Assembly: GCA_964199315.1 (NCBI GenBank)
Contig: OZ116710.1
Coordinates: forward strand, 3,348,001-3,412,000
Source of the DNA: Orbicella franksi
Lineage: Eukaryota
Reading direction: 5' to 3'
DNA: 64,000 nt
A program made the translations under genes and the position numbers. Under the pieces are notes generated by a model. The model did no database searches. It saw only the letters and a list, made by a program, of their open reading frames with translations, and was not told where the DNA came from. This document shows, piece after piece, positions 58,245 through 64,000 of the stretch; within the stretch, counting starts at the first letter, position 1; the number at the start of each line of letters is the position of its first letter.

Positions 58245-59249
58245 TATCAATAGATGATAACCAAAAACTTTGCGAGCGTAGCAAAAGCAGAAAAATGTCC
58301 TTGGAAAAGATAATTTTACACTGTTGGTATCGCTACGACCGCAAAAATGATGATCAAATACAAGATAAAACCTGAGAGGTGACCTTACAAGACAGACTCT
58401 TGGACTAAACTGAGAGCGCGTTAGGTTTTAGTCTGCTCCAACAAAAACTCGAAAATCACTTCAAGTGAGTTTCCACAGACAATTTAAATGCGTTACAAAC
58501 ACTCCAAAATGCTGTTACAGCTTTACAACACCAGACGGAGTATTTAAATACGTACAGATATTTTCTCTCCGAACAAATCAAACCCACCAGTTTGGTTTAT
58601 AAATCGAGCCTTCACACTCCAAAGAAACGAAAACTAAGGACATTCCACCTCATAAAATAATATATTAAAAAAATTCGTATGTTGAATTGAATCATGAACA
58701 GTGTTTATCTGACACGTGACAAACAACTGTACATCTTAGAAACTGGGACTCGGCCGGGTTGCCCTTAAACTCTGATGTCAGGATACATATTCTCCTTACT
58801 GGGTTACTGGTTTAATTTCCTATAAAAGCTTCTACGGAGAATTTGATAATTGATAACAGTTTCCTCTCGATGATCAATACCCCTGATGCTACATTCTCCT
58901 GACCCACATAAATGGCTTTGTACCGAAATTTTGAGGAGAAATAATATGCCAATTGCTCTCGGGGGTAACTGCAATTACAATGGGAATGTACAAAACTATG
59001 ACCACTGGCACGATTTACTGAAATCAATTTGAAGAGTATCTGGTATTGAATAAATGGACAATTGTTTGTTTACTTTAAAAATAAACTTCAAAGAGAAAAA
59101 TACGTATTGACCTGTTAATTGACTTAAATAAACACAATCTTACAGTTTTCCAGTGGCTCTAGCTTCCTAGCTAAAATGAAATTATTCGTTTGCAGGGGTT
59201 TGTTTGATTATAAAAATCTTCGCTCGACAGAGGAGAAGGGAAGAAAATA

Positions 59250-59440
59250 CTTATTGTTTTCTCAACCAATCAAGAACGAAACCAAAACCACTCGTGACTT
59301 GGCCTGCGAGCTTTTTCCCGCGCTTAGCATCGGTTGCAAGTTCTGCCTCTCGTTTTAATTGGTTTAATGTATTATTTACGTTTGTCGTGATTGGTCAAAT
59401 AAGATTACTTTTTACAACAGTCATTCGATAACCCGCCGCT
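59250..59440. mobile_element. Short interspersed repeat fragment
   Basis: ttctcaaccaatc..accaaaacc..tttttcccgcgctt..gtgattggtc..acagtcatt; recognised from memory as an abundant anthozoan repeat pattern, not verified. Confidence 0.4.
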
Positions 59441-61506
59441 TTAAAAATGCATTCTGCATCCATTCATTCACTCATTAGTTCGTTCGCTCGTTCGTTCTTT
59501 CGTTCAGTTGTTCGTTCAATCGTTTACATTCCTTTTGCAAAATTTCACTTTAATGAATTTGCTAAGAAAATAATGCAAGGGATTGTAACTTACCAACAGG
59601 TTTCCAATTGTTCAGTTGCGCATAGAATTTTTAATAACAGTTTCAAACAGTTTCTCTTCTGGACTGAAAACAAATCCAATTACTTCAACATAGAAGACGT
59701 AAAAGATGTAAACACATACAATAATACAAATAAATACAATAGAAAAAGATTTTGCCGACGAGCAGGTGATTAAAGTTGTAAAACTAATTAGTTTTTTCCA
59801 GCTCTTCTCGCCCCTTGATTAGAGGTCTTTGTTCTGCATCCTCGCGAAAAATGAAATAAAGTGCTAATCTTACAGGCAAAAGATGAAAAAGCTGCTTTTA
59901 AAAAACGATTCGTATTTAAAATAACATGGTCAAAAGTTGTCATAAAAATGTAACAAAACCTTTCGTTAAAGTCAAAACATTTCCTCATAAACACCAATTC
60001 AATTTCCTACCCATGGGGTAATCCAGAAATTTTAAATTTACTAAGTGTATCAAGTACGGAGGGAAAAAGATATTTGGGAAAAAAGTACAGAAAGCACGTA
60101 CGTGTCATGTAAATTGCCAGCCTTTTGGTTCCAGACTGTGTTAAACAAACCCGTTGATCGATCTTATTTAACATTTTCATTTCGTGAGATTAAAAGTCGA
60201 AAACACTATTGAACAAACAAGTTGATTATACAGTCTTCAAGATTGGCGTCTAGCAGAGCGGTATATGTTTAAACACGTCGGCAACACAGTATCGTTCAAT
60301 TTAGTGTTTACCGAAAACATTCAAAGTAGGAACTCCGTACAACATAAGGTAAGTGTGAGTAAACAGTTAAATGAGCTAGTACTAATGCTGATAAAATGTT
60401 AACTGGTCTTTCTTGAATCGTGAAAGAGTGGTTTATTTGTTGAATTGTCTCTAAATCGAAGACGCGTCCACCGTTTGATCTTTAAGTGAGTAAAAAAAGG
60501 TATCAACATATTTGATTTTCCATCACCACTAACAAATTTTTTTTTTTTTTTAGTTTCGCCTAATTTTTCCGCCGGAAAACGAAAATATGATTCAAATTTC
60601 TAATCGCGAGAAACATATTTTCCAAATAAACATTTGTCAAGTGGCAAAAAAACACAGCCAGAAAAACTTCAAAATAAAGTCAACTAAGGATATTTGCGCT
60701 TTAATTAAGAAGTTCAAATATCACCTTCAGTAAACTGTTTAAATAACAAGTCATATCTACACAGCAGTCTATAAGCGCGAGGGAAAATTTGCAGTACATC
60801 AAAACAACACAACTTATAACCTTTCAACCGAGAGTCAGAGAAGAAATATCGATTGCGTAAACGATGTTTTTGATGAAATTTAGTCTTCCTAAGATTTATC
60901 TTGTTTAAGAGATATTTCCAATTGTCTCCGACAAACGTAAGCACTACTATTTAAAAACAAATTGCGATTTAGATCTAGAATTAAGAGGAGGGATACAAGA
61001 AGGAACACGATGCAATGCAAAGCGACAATAATCAACAATTCGAGTTTACAATTGGACTTTCTCAGAGTTGATCAGTAAAAGACGCCATTTCCACAAGTGT
61101 TTCATCAATTTTGCTCTAATTCTGCGGCTAATGCGGATTTCACTTCTCGTACGTTGGATGTTCGATCAAATAAACCTTCTTGTTTTTCTCTTGCAGTGTA
61201 CCATTTTAAAGCAAAGTACCAGGGCGAGAACAAACTTCTGATCCCGACAGAAAACCCAGCAACCAGAAAGAAAGCCAGCACTTGAAGGGACTTCAAAGGC
61301 AAGAAAGCGTCGTTAGTCAAATTTCCTTAGCACCCCCGGACAAAGAAAAGTTCACAGGCAACGTAATTAATGAAATTTTCTTACAAACAACTACTTTAAT
61401 TTGCAGAAATTCAGTGAGGTGGTAGTGTAAGCAGTGAGAGGTACAACAGCCCAAGTATCAGCTTCCACGAAAATTAATCTAAAGTATACTTTCAAAAACC
61501 AGGAAA

Positions 61507-62550
61507 ATGCGGGATAAAAGCATTTTGCCCCATTTGAGCGAGAGGAGAAATAGTAACAGAAAGTCTTTCATGCCACTCAAAGTACTTGACTCAATCCCAG
61601 AAATGGAAGATGGATCTCCCAGTGGAGAAAACAACCCATCTGCATGCGGTGATGCACACTTGAAGGAGCACGATAAAGAGGAATTCAAACACAATGAGCC
61701 CGAGAAGAAGTGGAGAAACTTGCCAACTGGTATAAATCTTCCAAAGTTAGACAATACATTCAGTACGACTCCTGATGTTAATCGTGGAATTCGTTCAACT
61801 AACTCGAGCAGCTTCTTGAACATTGCAAATATGAGTCTCTCTCCACGTCGAAATAACGACAAATCTAAAAGGGAAAATGAAATCAAATGTGCAAATTATC
61901 TTCTCTTTGAGCCAATCATTGCGGACAAAGTATCGGCTGGAATCCACTTATCACGGTACGCTTTCCGGTCATCTCTGGAAAGAGTACCCGAAACTGATGG
62001 AGAGAGACTGCTAAGCGCGCAATCAAAGAGGAAATCAAATCGCGAGAAGATGAAGCGGCATTCTACCAAGAAAGAAAAGAATAAACAGGAGCGTAGTCTG
62101 AAAAGTGTTGATCTCTTCGACCAGCAACGACAACAGCTAGCTCGTAAGGGCCCGCAGATCAGAGTTTGGTTTTCGTACAAGCAAAACAATAATCGTCCTG
62201 ATACGCCCGATAGTTTGACGAAGAGATTGGTACACGACTCGCCTGGAAAATCACGACAGGTGGAGCCGAATGAGGAGTTGACGTTTCCGAGAATTATTTT
62301 GTACCAGTGGGAAGTCCACGAGGAAAAACCCAAGTTTATCAAAGTTCCCCGCTCTCTCAAACAACAAAAGAAGTTACCCAAGCTACACAGGATCCCTACA
62401 GCATCACAGGAAGACCAGCCCAATGAAGACGGCAATAAAGATCATTATGTGAGGTGTGATAGCCCTCTGCCAAAACTTCCACAGGCTCCGCCACCGACTC
62501 CACTCTGCCAAAGGCACCCATCTAGTTCCTCAGAGAATGTTCCAAGTTAG
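61507..62550 (+). CDS. Single-coding-exon orphan, Lys/Arg/Pro/Ser-rich disordered protein, 347 aa
   Basis: A 1.04-kb ORF with an acceptor taatttgcag|AAA at 61406/61407 and an in-frame stop upstream of the ATG. A candidate upstream non-coding exon donor TAAG|gtaagt lies at 60348/60349. Confidence 0.68.
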   Translation: MRDKSILPHLSERRNSNRKSFMPLKVLDSIPEMEDGSPSGENNPSACGDAHLKEHDKEEFKHNEPEKKWRNLPTGINLPKLDNTFSTTPDVNRGIRSTNSSSFLNIANMSLSPRRNNDKSKRENEIKCANYLLFEPIIADKVSAGIHLSRYAFRSSLERVPETDGERLLSAQSKRKSNREKMKRHSTKKEKNKQERSLKSVDLFDQQRQQLARKGPQIRVWFSYKQNNNRPDTPDSLTKRLVHDSPGKSRQVEPNEELTFPRIILYQWEVHEEKPKFIKVPRSLKQQKKLPKLHRIPTASQEDQPNEDGNKDHYVRCDSPLPKLPQAPPPTPLCQRHPSSSSENVPS

Positions 62551-62809
62551 AGACGGTGCACGCAAAGTTAAATTGAAAGTTTACAAATGTGTTCTTGACT
62601 TTTTAACACAAACGAAATACTAGCAGCCATAAAATGGTATTTATCACCAAATTTGAAAGACAGACGTGGCTTGATCTCTGTTTTTGTTAGAACACTGTAT
62701 ATTTCAGCGGCATTAATCAGCTGTTGATCAACAGTGTCTGAGGAAATCTGGACAATAGTATATGTGTGACTGATAAAGAAATATATTTTTAGTGATTATT
62801 GCATATAAA

Positions 62810-62842
62810 TGTGTGTGTGTATGTGTGTGTGTGTGTGTGTGT
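62810..62842. repeat. (GT)n microsatellite downstream of the 347-aa ORF
   Basis: Direct reading. Confidence 0.9.
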
Positions 62843-64000
62843 ATAACTATATCACTTTAATGTAAACTTATTTTTCACAAAGGATAACTGCTGCTGGAAC
62901 TAAAAAGCTGCATTTACTATTCAAGCAGGCTCATTTTAATGATAGCTTAAATTGAATAGGCACTTAGTGGAAAAATAAGCAAATTAAACAAAAGAAAAAG
63001 AGAAATCAATAATTTGAAAGCAAGGTCTGTCATATGATATCAGTATTCAAAATTAGTCTCAGCTAACCTAGACCATAGTCAATAAAGGGGAATGGTTATG
63101 AAACTCGACAAAGTTCTTTGTTGTATGTTTTTTTTTTTCTCTTTTTGGCCTTGACCATGCCCAAAACACAATAGTTGTTTACTACTGACCGAGGAACTAA
63201 CCAATCGAAACATTTTGGTTACATAATTTATGCATTCTGTATGGAATGCAAAACAAAAGATTGTGCATGATCATGGACCTTCAAACATAAATCTTGGCAT
63301 CTTTGTTTGCTCCTTTGATGTTTGCCCGGCTTCGTAACCACTCCCCTCTATTAACTATGCCTAGACCAAGTAGGCCAAGAACTGTATGTATACAGGGATC
63401 AACAACATCATTTTACGATTTATAGTTATACTCTGAAAAATATGTGTATACCGTAATAAACCGCTACTCTATCGTGATTAAAAGCAAAGAAACGCTTGAT
63501 ATCTAGTGCCTATTTCGCACCCACAGTTGACAGTATTTACTCATCGTATCGACACCGTATTTATAAACAAAACATAACAAATAGAGGTGGCGCAGAGATC
63601 GTCCTTCAAAAACTGTGGGTTTCGCAAAATTTTCGTCGAATTTCACGGGTCTCTTGTCTCGGTTTTTTACGGTTTTTTAGCGGTTATGTGCGTCTCGCAG
63701 TTTCGATTTTTTTAAAATCGAAAAAATCAGGCTAGAAACGAAAACCCTTGTATCGCCATCTCGCAAAGTCTCCAATTTACCTCTCATCATTCCTCAAAAC
63801 AACAAACAACTCGAGAAAGCTACGGTTAAACAGACCAAAATAATTTTACTTACCTCTTGACCTTCTGGCACTGAGCAGACATCTCGTTTTCGCGCCGAGA
63901 TCACTCGAGAAAACACATGCAATATCAAGCAGGCGTTGCATGAGCATCAGAGGAAAGCTGGAACTAAGGCTAGAATTTCCCATCATTCTAATCGTGATTG

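Noticed and set aside
57014-62435. Minus-strand ORFs overlapping the 437-aa and 347-aa ORFs (e.g. 61479-61886, 61896-62435) and ORF 18587-19036
   Set aside because: Antisense shadows of longer or motif-bearing ORFs.
1-64000. CRISPR array, rRNA, autonomous transposase or reverse transcriptase, prokaryotic operon
   Set aside because: The only regular long repeat is the coding 150-bp tandem without unique spacers; no ORF shows DDE, RT, tyrosine-recombinase or Cas motifs; the genes are spliceosomal-intron eukaryotic genes.

Overview
Eukaryotic, AT-rich, intron-containing genomic DNA. The repeat families and gene content look like a stony coral or other anthozoan cnidarian; this is inferred from pattern recognition, not a database search. 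I reconstructed three multi-exon genes by hand from splice signals and reading frame. (1) A 5-exon stand-alone macrodomain (ADP-ribose-binding/hydrolase) gene on the minus strand, 229 aa, with a presequence-like first exon. (2) Head-to-head with it across ~450 bp, a 3-exon extended SDR (NAD-dependent epimerase/dehydratase fold), 394 aa, with an N-terminal signal peptide and a C-terminal KDEL. (3) An 11-exon MTSS1/MIM-like I-BAR (IMD) gene on the minus strand, 648 aa, whose WH2 region appears degenerate. The right third holds three long single-exon ORFs encoding low-complexity orphan proteins (933-955, 437 and 347 aa), one with 50-aa tandem repeats. A possible first exon of a PH-domain-like gene with a GC donor lies at 3.9 kb and runs off the left edge. 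Intergenic and intronic DNA contains many MITEs (several nested, with readable TSDs), a diverged ~1 kb tandem duplication, a SINE head, a Penelope-type hammerhead remnant, a 121-bp branched hairpin and microsatellites. No rRNA, intact tRNA, CRISPR array or autonomous transposase/RT ORF was seen.
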